From assembly GCA_964234715.1 (NCBI GenBank), contig OZ174276.1: a stretch of DNA of 64,000 bases; one strand, 5' to 3'. Below are positions 39,651 to 54,215 of this stretch, piece by piece (within the stretch, counting starts at the first letter, position 1; the number at the start of each line of letters is the position of its first letter). The DNA comes from Podarcis melisellensis. Its lineage: Eukaryota. A program made the translations under genes and the position numbers. Under the pieces are notes generated by a model. That model worked only from the letters and a program-made list of their open reading frames with translations, searched no databases and had not been told where the DNA came from.

Positions 39651-42600
39651 ACTCTTGGCATTCAGTGCTTAATAGAGCGGCATAGACACTGCCACAGTCC
39701 AGTCACTTGTGCTGGCAAGGGCAGAAGGGGTGGGTGGGGACAGGGCAAATAAACAACAACCCTTCTCTATTCCAACTTCCAGCAGGGCCAGATCAGTCTC
39801 AAAACGCCCCATTTCAGCCGTTTCTGCTTGCCACCACCTGTGGGCATGCCATCAGCAATAGCTGCTGCCCACCCCCTGATGGGGAGGCACATTAGGGCAT
39901 TCCTTGTTGGTGGAGCTTCCCTCCAGCAGAACTAGGCAGGACAGGGTGAAGAGACATCTCTGTCCCATCCAAACCCCTGCCAGCACACCAACCAGAGGTT
40001 TTCCTAAAAGCATCCTGCTTAAAACTGAAGACTCATTGAGTTATCTGCAGCTTTCAATACTGCTGTTAATCCACACTCTTAACCTCTTAACCTCTCTCTT
40101 TTGTATTGGTTTTTATGCTACAATGCCTTCTTCAAAGAGCTCTTATCTTGCTTTTTTCCATTTAGTTTCTGTCATTAGCTTTGTTCTTCCACCACATAGT
40201 AGGTTTTCCTAGACATTCTATAAATTCAGACCAATTGATAGCCTGTACTTCTCAGGGCAACTTACAACAAAATCACAATACGATAACAATGGCAGAAATA
40301 ATAGGTAAAGGTAAACATAGACAGCAAAAACCTGTTGGAATGAAAATCTGGTACTGTCATTTTCACCTGATGGTTTTTAAAATGTACCCATTACCACTTT
40401 TATTCAAACAACATCCATCTCTCCACTCTGTTGTCTTCTCCAGTTCTTCCTGACCTCTTTTACTGTCTCCCCCACCCGAGTGACAAAAACCTATCTAACT
40501 CAGCATAAATAAAAGCAGGTTTTTAAACTACATGATTACAGAGCAACAGTACAGTATCTTATTGTACTCTATTCAAGACAGTAAAATTGTGACTGCTTTC
40601 ATACAACCACTAGATAATTATCCTTTCCTATATGCAGCTGAATACTAAATATTTGCTCAAATGCACTTTCAGCCAGCAAGCATACCCTTCACTTCACCTC
40701 TGTGGTCAGTGGATTACTGAAATTGGGAAGAGGTCAGGGTTTCTGGCTGAAAGTTCCCATGTAGCAGTGTGTCTGAAGCTCTGAACCGTTGTCCAAGTTT
40801 TATTTGGAATTGTGTTTGTAAATAGGACCGCTTTCCACTGCCGTGGTTCCCACCCTGGGACCCATTGAAGGCCTTTTTTTGGGAGGGGGGCACTACCAGT
40901 TCACAATAGAACTGTGGTGGAGAAGATTTCTCATAATTGGAGGAAGAGAAGTGGAAGAACTAATCTTGCCACAAGGACCTACTTAATCTGACACATTTCT
41001 GGCATGTTTGACAAAGAGTAAACAAAAACATAACCTCACTGTAGCATTGGCTGCCTAAACCCCATTCCCTTCTACTGACTCATGCTGGCCATGCAACCCT
41101 CTGCTCAGCAATGTGGTTCCAAAGAAGTCAATTGCAATGAGTTGCTAAGAAACATCTAGCAAGTATGGGAAGTTGCCCTCTTCATGATCAAATATTCTTC
41201 CTAATCCCCACACCCCAAAATACCCTGCTGTAGGCCAGGTTTCCTCCTAAGAGGAGTGGGACACAGCTTGGTAGTGGAGCACATGTTTTGCATGCTGAAG
41301 GATGCATGTTGAAGCGCAGGTCTCCGAGCGTTTACATGGTGGTTCACTCTTGTACACAATTCCTCTTTCCCTTCCTCTGCTCTAGAATGGATTGCGTTAA
41401 AAACAAACTAAGCATGCTCGCTACCTGTCATCATACAGTCGTGTGCCACTTCTCCGAGCCAGTGCACACAACATGGTGAGCCCAAGCTGTGGCTTAGAGA
41501 GAACATGTGTGCTCCCTGAGCAGTGCTTGTAACTCTTTGCTTCTCCAGGCCCTTTCTACTGCTGTGTCACTCTGAGATAAGCCAAGGTTTGACTTAGCAT
41601 GTCATCCAAGCTGAGACGTCGCTAGGCTCTTCCCTCACTACCCGTGAGCATATGCCTAGGCTAATGTACATAGGATTGCAGCTTGAATGTTCCTCATGCT
41701 ACAAAACTCCCTTCAGACAACGCATTGGAGAAAGAGACAACCCTTATCCACAATTAGAAGAGCATACTGGATCAGACCAATGGCCCATCTAGTCCAGCAA
41801 CCTGAATCTCACAGGTGCCAACTTGATGCTTGTGGGATCTGAGCACAAGAGCATTCTTTGCCTCCTGGGGTCTCCAGCAACTGGCATTTTGGAAGCATTG
41901 CTTCCTCTTTTTTGCAGTAAGGGAGTTTGTTACATCTCTTTTGTGACTTTGACCTTAGAATGCTGTGGAGGAGCCAATCAGTGAACACTCCCAGACATTG
42001 CAGAGCATGCAGTGATAGGATTCTCCCTTTCATTCTGAGGTGAAAGGCACAGAAGGGCTGTGCTGTGGGTTCCCCCACCCCTCAAAGGTACAGATTGAGT
42101 AGAATGCCTTTGAAGTTCTTCACTGCCCCTCTTGGCAGCAGGTAAATTATTACCTATGGTTCTGAACTCCTTTCCAAGCTCTGAACATTCTTTGCACATT
42201 CTTTGGCTCATGTGTAAGTATGATTCATTTCAGAGCTGTCAGCGGTTGACTTCATTATGTGGTGCTGTAATTGTTACTAGCATTTTTAAAGATCTCACTC
42301 CATTATTTGGACTACGCAAATAAAATGTGCTGGAACCCATTACTTCCAATGAATTCATCAACATGGCATAGGAGTAAAAGTCTGAGAGATGACACTTGAT
42401 TCTCCCCCCCCCTTTTTTTGGAAGATGAAATTCTTGTTGAATCAATGCTGATCACAGCTTAGCTTCTGTTTCGTGGATGCTCTGAGGAAATGCCACTCCC
42501 TGTTCTCATCTAATGACCTTTTCCCAAACCACTTCTCTAAAATCTCCATAATGAGTTGTTATTAAGAATGCGCACCCTTGCTTTGAACTCATCTATCTTG

Positions 42601-45600
42601 TTTTGTATGCATGTGTGCCTATATCTCTTTATCTCTTTATGTATATACTGGCAAAGTCAGTCACCTCTCCTGAATTGTTTACATACAGTGGTATATATGA
42701 GCATAGCCATCCCTTGGAAAGTAATGGTATGTATTCCAGAATGTGGTGAAAAATGGGGGCATGCATTTTGAATAAATCGTTACCTCTTAAGTTATCACCT
42801 AATTTAAGTGTTTCCCTCTATATTTTCAGTTGAATGTTGAGGCTTCTTGGTTACTTGTTGCTGTAATGTAGTGCAAGGTAAACATGGCAACCCCCATTGT
42901 TGGGATACTCTAACATGGCACCAATTTCAGACTCTCTTATGATCTGGCTGTAGGGTCACATTGAGGTAATCAGAAAGCAATTAACCATCTTGGTTTCCTC
43001 CTGTGATAATCTGAAGGATCAATTACTTAATGTATTGTGAGCAGGGGCATGTAGCGTGCAAAGATTTGTTCGTTCCAAAGAAAACTGCTTTGGTTTGGTG
43101 CTTCATATTGACAGCTTGCTTTGGTTAGGATCCCATACCTCCCTCATTGCAGAGTCTCTGGTTCTTTAGGCACTCTCATTTATCAATTACTTCTCTGGCA
43201 TGTCTTGTTTTGCTTGTATGTGTTAACAGAAGGTCTTTCAAGGCCTCTGTGGGAGCGTTGCTTGGAACATGAGCATTTTTGGTGTGGCATGGGGCATGGA
43301 ATCCATCTTAGAAACAAACCTTTTGAATGGATTTGTCACTCTCTGGATCCCACAATATGTTCTGTGGTGATTCTGAATTGCAGGGGTGAAGTGGGGGGAA
43401 TCTATTTTGATCTTTGACCTGGAACTTTGTGCAATTTAGTATCAGTACTTCTGCATTCTTCAAAATGCTTTCTCGCTTTACTGGAACCTAGAGAAGCTTT
43501 CACCTTGGGCAATTTTGAGGCGGAGGCATAGTGGTGGATTGCAGTTTCTTCATCTTCTCACCCCTCACCCCCACCCCAGGCAAAAGAAGAAAAAAAAAGA
43601 ATGGGCAGTTTCTATTCCTTATTTGTATGCTGAACAGTAGCATATGCTCTACCACCAAAATATCATTTCATGAGCACAGTATCCTCTCATGTGCTAGGAG
43701 AGTAACAGGATAATAGCTGCCATTTCTCTCCAGGACTAAACCCTAAACGGTGTCCTCTTAATCAGCAGAACTTGATGTTTAGATTCACATGCATTGTTTG
43801 CAGTTCAGTGAATTATTTCTAAATATTATTTTTCACTCCTGCTCTTTTTTTCTTTTGGTCATTATTCTTCCAAATTCTGCTGGGTGAATGCATTGCTTTG
43901 TACCACAGAGAGCTGTGCTTCAGGGTTTTGAATCTTTAAACTCTGAAAAGTGGTCCCTTACAAACAAAACAGCTTGGCTGCCACACTGTAGTCATGACTA
44001 TGTTATCTAATGCTATGCACCTTTTCACCCAATAATCCTTTTAACCTGATAAATGCACACTTGTTGTAGAGGGTGTCTGAATGTACTCCAAGAAAAGCTC
44101 CCTTGCCCTGAAATCATTCCCCCTGCTTAAAATGTAAATTGAAATTTTCAGGAGTATGTGTGGACTTCCTTTGAATTAATCAGATGAGATGATCTGAAAG
44201 GCAGCAGCTGCTGTTGGCCCAAACTCTGAAGGAGATCATCATTTCATTCCTTTACTCTCAATGAAACACAGTGGCTGACTGCTGAACTTGACCGAACCCT
44301 TTTTTTTCCAAATGGGAATGTAATTTACAGAAAGACAAGTGTTATGTTCAGAGCAATCAATTTGGCTGGGAATTTCCAGGTTTTAAAAAAGTCAGCTGCA
44401 CCCCCAAAGGAATGCAGCATGTAAATGCGACCTATAAAACAATTCACAAATCTGACCATTGATAAACAACCCTCCGCCATTGCCTCGTGAACAACAAAGT
44501 AACACTTTATAAAACCCAAAAAAGCAACATTCTGATTGCCACACATTAATCAAGACATGCTATGTGACCTAGAACAACCAAACTCATGGCAATAGAAGGA
44601 AATGGTCATTTTAGACCTTTGGTGATTAAAAACAAAACAGAACTATGAGGAGCAGCCCTTCTAAGAAGTGAAGCTACTATTGCCACTGTTACTACATGCA
44701 CAATGTTTGCAGGCATGGATCAATAACCAATTGTGAGCCACAGTGTCATTGTACATCATGGCCATAAAAGGAAAGGAGGCATCATACACTTGTCTAGATA
44801 ATGCAGAGCCATTCCTTGCCACTCCACAATAATCCCTAAGCAAGGAGTAAGAGAGTGTGCTTGTATCTCTGAAAGGGAGAATGCAGCCAATTATCAACCA
44901 ATAAAGATCTCTTGGGGCCAGATTATGGTGTCTCCTCCCAGCAAATACTTGCAGATGGCTCTCATAACTAGCAACCAAATTCCGAACTGAACTAAAGATA
45001 GTGTTCCTGAAACAAGAGTGAGTGTGTGGGGCCATGGCCTAAAAAGACTAATGTGATTTTCGTTGGCATCAGCAGAAGCCAAGGAAAGAATGCAACACTG
45101 CAGTCCTCCGATCGTTCCATCAAACATCCATCTAGGGATGCTATAGCAGTGGCTTTTCTGCAATGATAGGTGGTTGGACAACTTGCCTCTTGAGATCCCT
45201 TCCAACTCTGATTCTCCGACAGCCTGTGATGTGTAATCTTGATGAGGCAATGCAGTTCCACGAGCCTCTGCCATTCTGTGATGTTTTATTTCTCCTTTGA
45301 TACAGAGTGCTCCCTGGCTCTACCAGGACAAAGAATATTTACATACTTGTGGGGAGGAATCACTAAGTAAGTCTTATTTGTGCACCCTGCAGTGCCTTGT
45401 TAATCCTGAACATTTTGCTTGTTTACTTCTATTTTTATCCTTGTACACAGAAGGCTGTGTGCTTTCCATCTCTGGTACTTAGATAGAACACATGCACACA
45501 CGCGTGCGCGCACACACACACACACACACTGCTTTAGGTGCTCAGGATCACCTAAAGTTATCAACATTACCTTGTAGCAACATAAGTAGGGAATAAGCAT

Positions 45601-46387
45601 TCACTGTCCCAGTAAGTGCTGCTTCAGTGTGGTAGGTGCTCTTGCAACCATGGAAGAGATGCCACTCTTGCTTTTACAGTCGTGTGCTGCTAGCAGCTAG
45701 TGTGCACACACACTTGTTTTTAGAAGATCAGTTCAGATTTAAATATTCATTCATATGAAAGCTGACCGTATGTTGGACTGCTTGCACTGTTTTCTTAAAA
45801 TGGAACTGCTGTGGTTCATAATCCAGCTGGCTTTGGGCAGCTTATATTTCTGGCACACGGGCACTCACCTGCTGAGTTCTCAGTATGATTTTAGGTCTTT
45901 GAACATTACTGATTTTTTTTTTAAAAAAAATCATTTGAAGGGAGTTTTGCTGTCTGAAGGGGAGGGAGAAAGGGAAGGTGCTTAATCTTCCAATCTGAAT
46001 GTCAGCATTTTTCCTGGCTGGTTGTTCACAATAGGCATGAAGCAAAGAAAGGGCTTCTGTATAAATCACTCCTTTATTTTTAACAGTGGGGGAACACTAT
46101 GGAGGCATTTTTTGGTGTCCATCAGGCAAAACTCCTTTTTAAAACTAGTAAGAGAGGTTTTAAGTCGTCCAAAATACCACTGGATAACCGGTTTAGTCAC
46201 AATGGCCACTTTTTTTTTATCTGCCCATTTAAAGCTCTTCAGGCAACTTGTCTCTCCACTTCACAACAAAATGTTCTAGAAGGTGCTATTTAGTAAAACA
46301 TTTAATGGTGTCACAAAACCCAAAAAACAATAGACATTTCCATGGTACTGGCACAACTCATTTCCATACCCACCCGCTGATAAATTA

Positions 46388-46623
46388 CAGTGGTACCTCG
46401 GGTTTAAGTACCGGTACTTAATTCGTTCTGGAGGTCCGTTCTTAACCTGAAACTGTTCTTAACCTGAAGCACCACTTTAGCTAATGGGGCCTCCTCCTGC
46501 TGCTGCTGCACCGCCGGAGCACGATTTCTGTTCTCATCCTGAAACAAAGTTCTTAACCCAAGGTAATATTTCTGGGTTAGCGGAGTCTGTAACCCAAAGC
46601 GTATGTTACCTGAGGTACCACTG
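46388..46623. mobile_element. MITE family A, copy 5 (orientation A)
   Basis: TA-cagtggtacctcgggtttaag...gaggtaccactg-TA. Confidence 0.9.
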
Positions 46624-48289
46624 TACTTTATTACCTTTTTTTTTTGCCAACCCGCTAACAAATTACTCCTGTACTGATCCGTTTGGGAAGTGATACAGGA
46701 CTATCCAAAGATTTCTCCAGTTTGTGTTTTTTCCCTTTCTCTTTCCTAGCTGTGCTTTAAGGTCAGGTGTGCTTTGTATTAGGCTGCCAGTACAGGACCA
46801 GTGAAGAGCTGCAAAGGTGATACTGTGCCTGGTCTTCTGCCCCTACTAAGCCTCTGAGGAAGCTTTTCATTATGCTATTTTATATTTAAATCATCTCTGA
46901 ATTATTTCAAACTAGAAACAAAACAAAAAACCCCACAACAAATCTGATTCACTTAATAGTGAATATGCAGGTATTGCACATAGTGTTAACACCTGGGACA
47001 GGAGCCCGTATGGACCCTTTCTACATCAAAGGTCTTGGCTTCTGCCCCTCTCTCTTGACCATACTTTCTTTTTCCTCCCACTCTGTCATCCGTGGCTTGT
47101 GAGCCCTGTTTGGAATGTGGCTTGATTGGATAATGTGCAAGAGGTCATTGATAAGTGACCCATCTTCTCTCACCATTCGCCTCTACCACTTTTATGAGTG
47201 CCGCTTGCATTTTATATTTATTGCAGCTGTCTCCTTTCAGCAATGCTATCTTCAAATCTCCCTTCTTCCCTTCATTAAGAAATAAAGATCATGTGCTGCT
47301 GGCTCTGGATTGGAACCAACACAAGTTTAGCACTGACCAAAAAAAAATTGCTTGGGAGAATTTTGCAGGTTGGAATGCTGTGGGTGACTTGAATATGTGA
47401 CCACTGTAAACTTAGTTATGTGAGTGGCTCAGATGCTTTTGTTTGTTTATGCTAGGTATGGATCCAACCTATGGGTTTCCCAAATGAGAAAATAAGTTCT
47501 AGAGAGATTCCCCCCACCCCAACCAAAGATCATGTATGTGGCACATCCAGGAGATCAGTTCTACCAGAGGGCAATCCAAGTGACCTCCCTATTCACCATC
47601 CTCCCTTGTCTCTTGTTTCATGATATCAGCCTTCCGCTGGGTGGTCATAAGAGCAGCATCACTGTTGTCCTACAGGGCTGCAGAGTGTTCTAAATACAGT
47701 CTTGTTCCCCCCAGTCATTGTTTCTCTTCCTCTGAAATGAAAACAGCTAGGCTGGCTCTGGCTGCTGGCTCAAAAGGTTCCTCTGGCTCCAGGCTGGCTT
47801 CCGGTGAACTGTGATTTTGCAAGTTCCTCTAGTAGCAGGCAGTGCTTCATCATCTCCTCTGCCTCGTTTGTTTTACAGCAGGGGGTGGGGGCTCCCCTCT
47901 TTTTGATAGTGCTTGGGGTTTATTTCTCACCCCCTTCCCCAGTCCATGTGGAATCCAGACCTTTATGCTCTTCTGCACAGATGCCAAAATGCTGCTTTTA
48001 ATAATCCTTTTAACTGTAATGCATTTATGTGTGTTTTCATTAATATTGGCTTCTTCATGTACACCTCCCCTAATAGGTACCATACATTTCTGTACACCTT
48101 TTTTTAGTTGCAGAACTGCACTGCAGAATTCAAAGAGGTGTGCATTTTGAAGGATAGCTGCCTTTTGGTTTGCGTATTGTTTCCAGAAGTGTTAATTAAG
48201 TAGATTCATATTCAAAACCCAAACCAAACCAAATTTCTCCCTCATCCGTAATCCGTGTGTATGTGTAGGCTTAGCTGCAGCCTTGCCAT

Positions 48290-48578
48290 TAGATGACCAC
48301 CAACTTGGATGGCTTGAAAAGAGAGTTAGACAAATTCGTGGAGAAGGCAGCTAACAATGGCTAATAGTTGCAATGGCTCTGCTCTGCCTCCACAGTCAGA
48401 GAGGCAGGAATGCTTCCGAATACCAGTTGCTGGAAACCGCAAGAGGAGAGTGTTCTCCTGCGCTCATGTCCAGCTTGCAGGCTTCCCACAGACACCAAGT
48501 TGGACACTGCGAGAGCAGGATGCTGGACTAGATGGGCCAAAGGCCTGCTCCAGCAAAGCTCTTAGTATGTTCTTATAA
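48290..48578 (+). mobile_element. CR1 LINE 3' end
   Basis: gatgaccaccaacttggatggcttgaaaagagagttagacaaattc...gctggactagatgggcc; reverse complement of the 32065 family. Confidence 0.75.
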
Positions 48579-49920
48579 GGAAACAGACACAAACTGTCTC
48601 TTTTTGTTCTGTCCAGTGCAGCTATCACACAGCATAGGCTTCCTTTCCCACACACCTCAAGTGTGAGTCCAGAGCTGGAGGAATTTGCTACGCTGCGGAT
48701 GCCTTCCAAGAAGCTTAATTGAAAAGGAAGCTTCTTCTAGTAGCTCTCCTCTAAAAACAAGCTGTGTAAACCACGGAAGGAAAGGCAGGGCTCTTGCAAG
48801 GGGCTTGCAGTTCCTCACAAGTGAAACCTCTGTTAATAACAGTCGGCTCTTGAATTCTAGCAGCGGTCCTGAGACAAATGGGTGGTGCCTGCATTTCTCT
48901 TCAGCAGTTTGTGGCGAAATGCCCCACCCTCACAAGCAGGCCTAATGCCCCGCCTCATAACTGTTTGCTTCCACAATCTGATCATCATCATCATCATTAT
49001 CCACGGCTCTTGCAGCGAACTCATTCTCCAAGTGTGTAGATCCTTATAGATCCAAGACAGCACCACCCACACAGCAGAGGGAAGTACCAGCAGGCTCAGC
49101 TGGAAGGGGAATTCTATGTTTGGCAGATAAACACAAATCTTTGGGTGGGTAGAAGGGGAAATTAAGGGACTTGTTTGCAGGGGATGGATGGGGTGGGAAA
49201 CTGGGAGGCAGGGGAAATGAAAGGGAGTGTTGTGTAGCTGACTAGCTGGAATCCTGTACAGGAGCACTGTACAACATTTTGTTCCAGGTATGAAGAACCT
49301 GGGGGTGGGGAGGCTTTCTCCTACTGGCAGTTTCCCTTTTTGTAAGGGTCCTCCCCCCTCCAAGAAAAAAATATGATTGACTGCTCAGACTAAGCCTGCT
49401 GACAAACCCTAGACCAGTCCAAGGCCCATATTATCTTCTGGGCTACCTTCCAAGGCCCAAGGCCCAGGGGTGGGCGGGACCAGAGGCAAAAGTGGGCAGA
49501 GCAAAACAAACATAAAATGTTACCTTCATACAAAAAGGCAGTTTTTATACACAGTCATCTATGCCTCCATCCAGACAAGCAAGAAGTATCTGAGTTCAAG
49601 GACACAATTCTGCCAGGCAAAAATACTTGGTGTTTGAAGCAGGGCTGGTGAGGTGTATGGCCTGAGGAGAGGGAGCCTGACCATGGGAGAATACCACAGG
49701 CCACATTTGGCCCCTGGTCCTGAGGTTCTCTACCCCTGCCCTAGACTGTCAAACAGCTTGTGGGGTTTCTAAGTCCTATAAAGTTCTTCTGTCCAGCCCA
49801 ATTCTCGTGAGGACAAAGAAGAAAAGTTATGTAATTTTACTGTACCAGAGGGTTCCAAATTGTACTGAACCTTGTGGACTCTCCTTGGAAAGACAAGGGC
49901 TAGCTTAAGAACGATTAGGT

Positions 49921-50243
49921 AAAGTTAAAGGGACCCCTGACCATTAGGTCCAGTCGTGACCGACTCGGGTTGCGGAGCTCATCTCGCTTTATTGGCCGAG
50001 GGAGCCGGCGTACAGCTTCCGGGTCATGTGGCCAGCATGACTAAGCTGCTTCTGGAAAACCAGAGCAGCACACGGAAACGCCGTTTACCTTCCCGCCAGG
50101 GCGGTACCTATTCATCTACTTGCACTTTGACGTGCTTTCGAACTGCTAGGTTGGCAGGAGCAGGGACTGAGCAGCGGGAGCTCACCCTGTCGAGGGGATT
50201 TGAACCGCCGACCTTCTGATCGGCAAGTCCTAGGCTCTGTGGT
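49921..50243 (-). mobile_element. Sauria SINE, slightly 5'-truncated
   Basis: Typical body (gggacccctgaccattaggtccagtcg...gggtcatgtggccagcatgact...gggatttgaaccgccgaccttc) with a perfect 16-bp TSD ttaagaacgattaggt (49905-49920, 50244-50259). Confidence 0.9.
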
Positions 50244-52687
50244 TTAAGAACGATTAGGTCTTAGCATATGAGGATTCCAGGAAGAACTTCCAGAGAGAGA
50301 ACTTTTTAATCAATTAAACCAAATATTAACATATATGAAGAAAGCTTATTTGGAGGCGAGGGCGACTAGGAAGGGGAAAGGAAGGCATAATTGTTTTCAC
50401 TTAGCTTGTTACCTTTAGTGTGCTTGAGTAAAGTCTTGGGTTTCAGAGAATGTGCAGAGTTCCAGACAAGATTGCCTGAGAAAGCATCCATTTCTTGTAA
50501 TGGGTCTCCTGATCAGCATAATTCTGAAGGAGACAGGGAAATGCCTCCCATTTTGGGCGGGAATTTGAGACCAGTGAAAGCTGAGCTCTTTCATTAGACG
50601 AAGTATCATGTGTAGCAGTGACAAAGGAAAATCTGTCTCTTGACGCAAGTGGTCTAAGTAGCCAGTCAAGAATTCACTTAGAGCACACTTCCACCTTCCT
50701 GTGCTTCTGAACTCCCATTGCAGAAGAACTAGCCAGTGGTGACAACTGTTAATAAAGGGTTAAATTGGGAAAGTGTATTGGAAATAAAAGTCAGAATATT
50801 GTCCTCTTCAGAACTTCTCCACAGGGGTTCCAAGTCACAGATCCTATAGGTGGCTCTGTTTGGTCTATACTGTATATGAAATTCTAGGGGTTCATCACAC
50901 GGGTCTCACATCTTCAAATATAGATGCTTCTGGATTGTGTGGGTTTTTTGGATGACTGAGTGTCAGTCACTAGCAGGGATGTAAAAGTCTGAGGTCATCA
51001 GATTTTTAATAAAGCCCAATAAGAAAGGCCCCCAGAAAAGAATTCCAGCAACAGACTGCAGTTTTTCCTGAAGTAGCTGAGCAGTGACCCTTCTATTTCA
51101 AGTTCTAAATGGAAAAGCAGGCATACTTACAAGTACTTCTCATCCTGCTTTTTTCCTGGTGTTCATGACACTCCTGTAAAGAGCCATATAAGAAGGTTGG
51201 AAGAAGAGGGAGAGGGGAATAGGCCATATCTCTTTCTCCTGGAAAGAAACAGGACTGTGTAAATAATGTCCATGCAACACCCAGCAAAGGCACTCTCTCA
51301 GCACCAGTCTCCAAAATGTCGTCATCCAGACCATGCTGGCTTTTACCTCAGAATCGCAGCTGTGTTACCACCGTCAATAGCATGTGCCTGACTCAAGCAC
51401 ACCTTGAGTGTTTATGTTGGGAACTAATCCCTTTGTAAACTCTCCACAGGCTTTCTAAACAGAGACCTAAAAAGAGAAAGCAATAATGTAGATAAAAACT
51501 GGCCTCAGTGTTCCTCTAGTAGAAACATAACACACACACATGCCATCTGATGAGTGCCTTGTGCAAGATTCTGCCTGGAAGGTCCTGTCTATGGACAAAG
51601 TTTTATATGCTCCTCCATCTGGAGAATTTATTGTGTACCGAGTACTAGATAGTGATCTGGAGTGTATGGTACTGCCCTGTATTTACACAGATTGGTTACC
51701 TAATAAGGCTACTACTAATTTTAGCTGTTGATCTGGGGTGGTGAGAGAGAGAGAGAATATGCCTTTATTTTCCTTAGGAAATCTTGTGCTAAATATCCCA
51801 GGTCTGGCAAACCCTGCTTATAGTCATTCTCTTGCCTGTGGTCTCCTCTGCATTGTGTAAAGAAGAGTTGGCAGGTGGGCAAAGACCGCTGACCCAACAT
51901 ACGATGAGCTGGGAGTTCAGAGAATTCCACCAGCAGATTTCTGAAACTCCACCACCTGGGGCTGCAATATATGCATTTCCATTCCTCAGTGGATGAAGAG
52001 CTGCTAAGGCTTTAAAGGACTTGGTGGATCTTGACTGGCTTATGGCTCCAGACGACTGTATTCAGGCCAGAACTGAAGTCTAGAGGGGCACCCTTGACCC
52101 ACAGAGTTTAATCTGCTTAGATTGCTGTCAAACCAGGGTGCTAGTAGTTCAGGGTGCTAGTAGTTCAGACCTACCTGTTGGGGGCCTGGGTTTGAGCCCA
52201 CCTGCCCCCATTTCTAGTTGCCTTTCCTTCAGCATTTTGTCTGAGGTTGTGCGTATTTGAGTGGGGATGGTTTAGAAATTTATTGTTTTAATACTTCACC
52301 TTATGTTGGGTAGCATCCATATTCATTGTTTCATTTTAATATGTTGATTAGACTATTAGTACATCATTTTACTTGGCATATAACTTTTAACACCCAATAG
52401 CACAAATTATACTACCAGCTGTAAAGAAATAGCACACTGTACAGGGTTCACAGTTGTGCAACTGCTGTGCCAGTAGCCTGGTTCTCATGTAACACTAAAC
52501 CATGGTTTAGTGCTGTGTGCATGAGTTAGAGTTAACAAGAGCAAAGATTCATGTTTGTATGTGTTCTCGTCTTCTCTTTCCACATGGCCAGGAGGAAGAC
52601 TTCTGCGGAGCTGTGTTTTGCTTTGCTTTAATCTTGGCTTTTCTTCTTGTGTGAAACAAACACTGCCAGAATTCTACTCAACCAAAC

Positions 52688-52845
52688 ATCATAGAATCAT
52701 AGGTTCATAGAATTGCAGAGTTGGAAGGGGCCACAAGGGTCATATAGTCCAACCCCCTGCAATGCTGGAATCTTTTGCCCAATGTGGGACTTGAACCCAT
52801 AACCCTGCAATTAAAAGTCTCCTGCTCTACTGACTGAGGTATCCA
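52688..52845 (-). mobile_element. tRNA-derived SINE with CR1 tail (Squam3-like)
   Basis: CR1 tail catagaatc...gagttggaaggg joined to a reverse-complemented tRNA-like head (gggacttgaaccc...tgctctactgactgag). Confidence 0.65.
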
Positions 52846-53042
52846 TCAGTATATCTGGTCAAAACCATGATCTCTGCCTCATGCTACACAAGAACCTGAG
52901 ATTAAGAGAGAGCAAAAGTCCTTCTCCTGGCTCACGGGAGGAGAGGTCTGCATGTATAAGCCCATTGCTTTGCTCAAGCACTTGGTTGAAAACCATGGTT
53001 TGGTGTCAGGTGTGAACATGGTCACTAACTTTTTGCTGTTAA

Positions 53043-53276
<234 letters not shown>

Positions 53277-53840
53277 TGATCTCTTCTCTTTCAGGTCAAA
53301 CTAGCCTCTGAACGATGCTAGGAACTTGTAAGCTTGAGAATAAGACATTGGCTGCAAATGAAGATAGATTGGCTCCAAGTAGCTTTGTGTAGAAGCCCTG
53401 TTGCAAAAGCTACTTACTGGATACCTTAGAACTGCTTGCTGTTTTAGATCTGCTTTATAAATGCAATAACAGTTGTGTGTGGAATGCAACCCTTTAGTTT
53501 GTGACCTGTCTACCACAATTCTTTAACCTGTGATAGGTAACTGGGTTTTGTTAAATGACTAGCTTTACCCCCATCTTTATTCCAAAGACCACTCATTTAG
53601 CTGGACTAATACATATCTTACTTTCTTTCTTGTTAAATAAATAAATAAATGCAGCATCCTTTATTTTTTTTCTCTGCTGCACTGCATTAAAGGCAAATCT
53701 CCATACTAAAATGAAGCTTTGTCTTGGTAATGAATAAAGTAAGTGTTCGTCATGCCAGATTTTGGTATTCCTTGTGGTGAATGTTCTTTTGAAAGCCTTC
53801 AGTAAAGCATAATGTAAAAACAGGTCCTGGGCTTAACATG

Positions 53841-54215
53841 ATGTCAGGGACGAGCAGGGGGGATTGGGAGAGGCAGGTGACGGGGAGGATGATCCAGGGG
53901 GAGGGGCCAGTGATTTGTGGGGCTCTGTGCTGCCCGTGAGGGGGCTGCCAGGAATGGAGGCAGAGGGGAGTCAGGGGGAAGTGACTGGACAGTCAGAGAC
54001 AGGGAGGCAGCGGGAAAAGAGCTGGCGGGTGGGTTTCAGAAGTTGAAGAGCCTTTGGAATCCTCTCCATGCTCAAGGAGGGACTTAAAGCAATGGGAGCA
54101 GCTGGATCTGCCTGCCAGGAGAAGCCACCAGGTGCTTGTGTGCCCTGCGTCAAACCAGGGGGTTTAAGAAAGTAGGAATTGATGTGGCTACACTGTTGCT
54201 CCAACTGTCTGTGAT
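53841..54215. mobile_element. Possible LTR remnant
   Basis: Starts TGTCAGGG with an abrupt G/A-rich composition; no second LTR seen. Confidence 0.3.

Noticed and set aside
52134-52168. 16-bp tandem duplication (similar short ones near 2888 and 33015)
   Set aside because: Ordinary two-copy slippage duplications without spacers, not an array.
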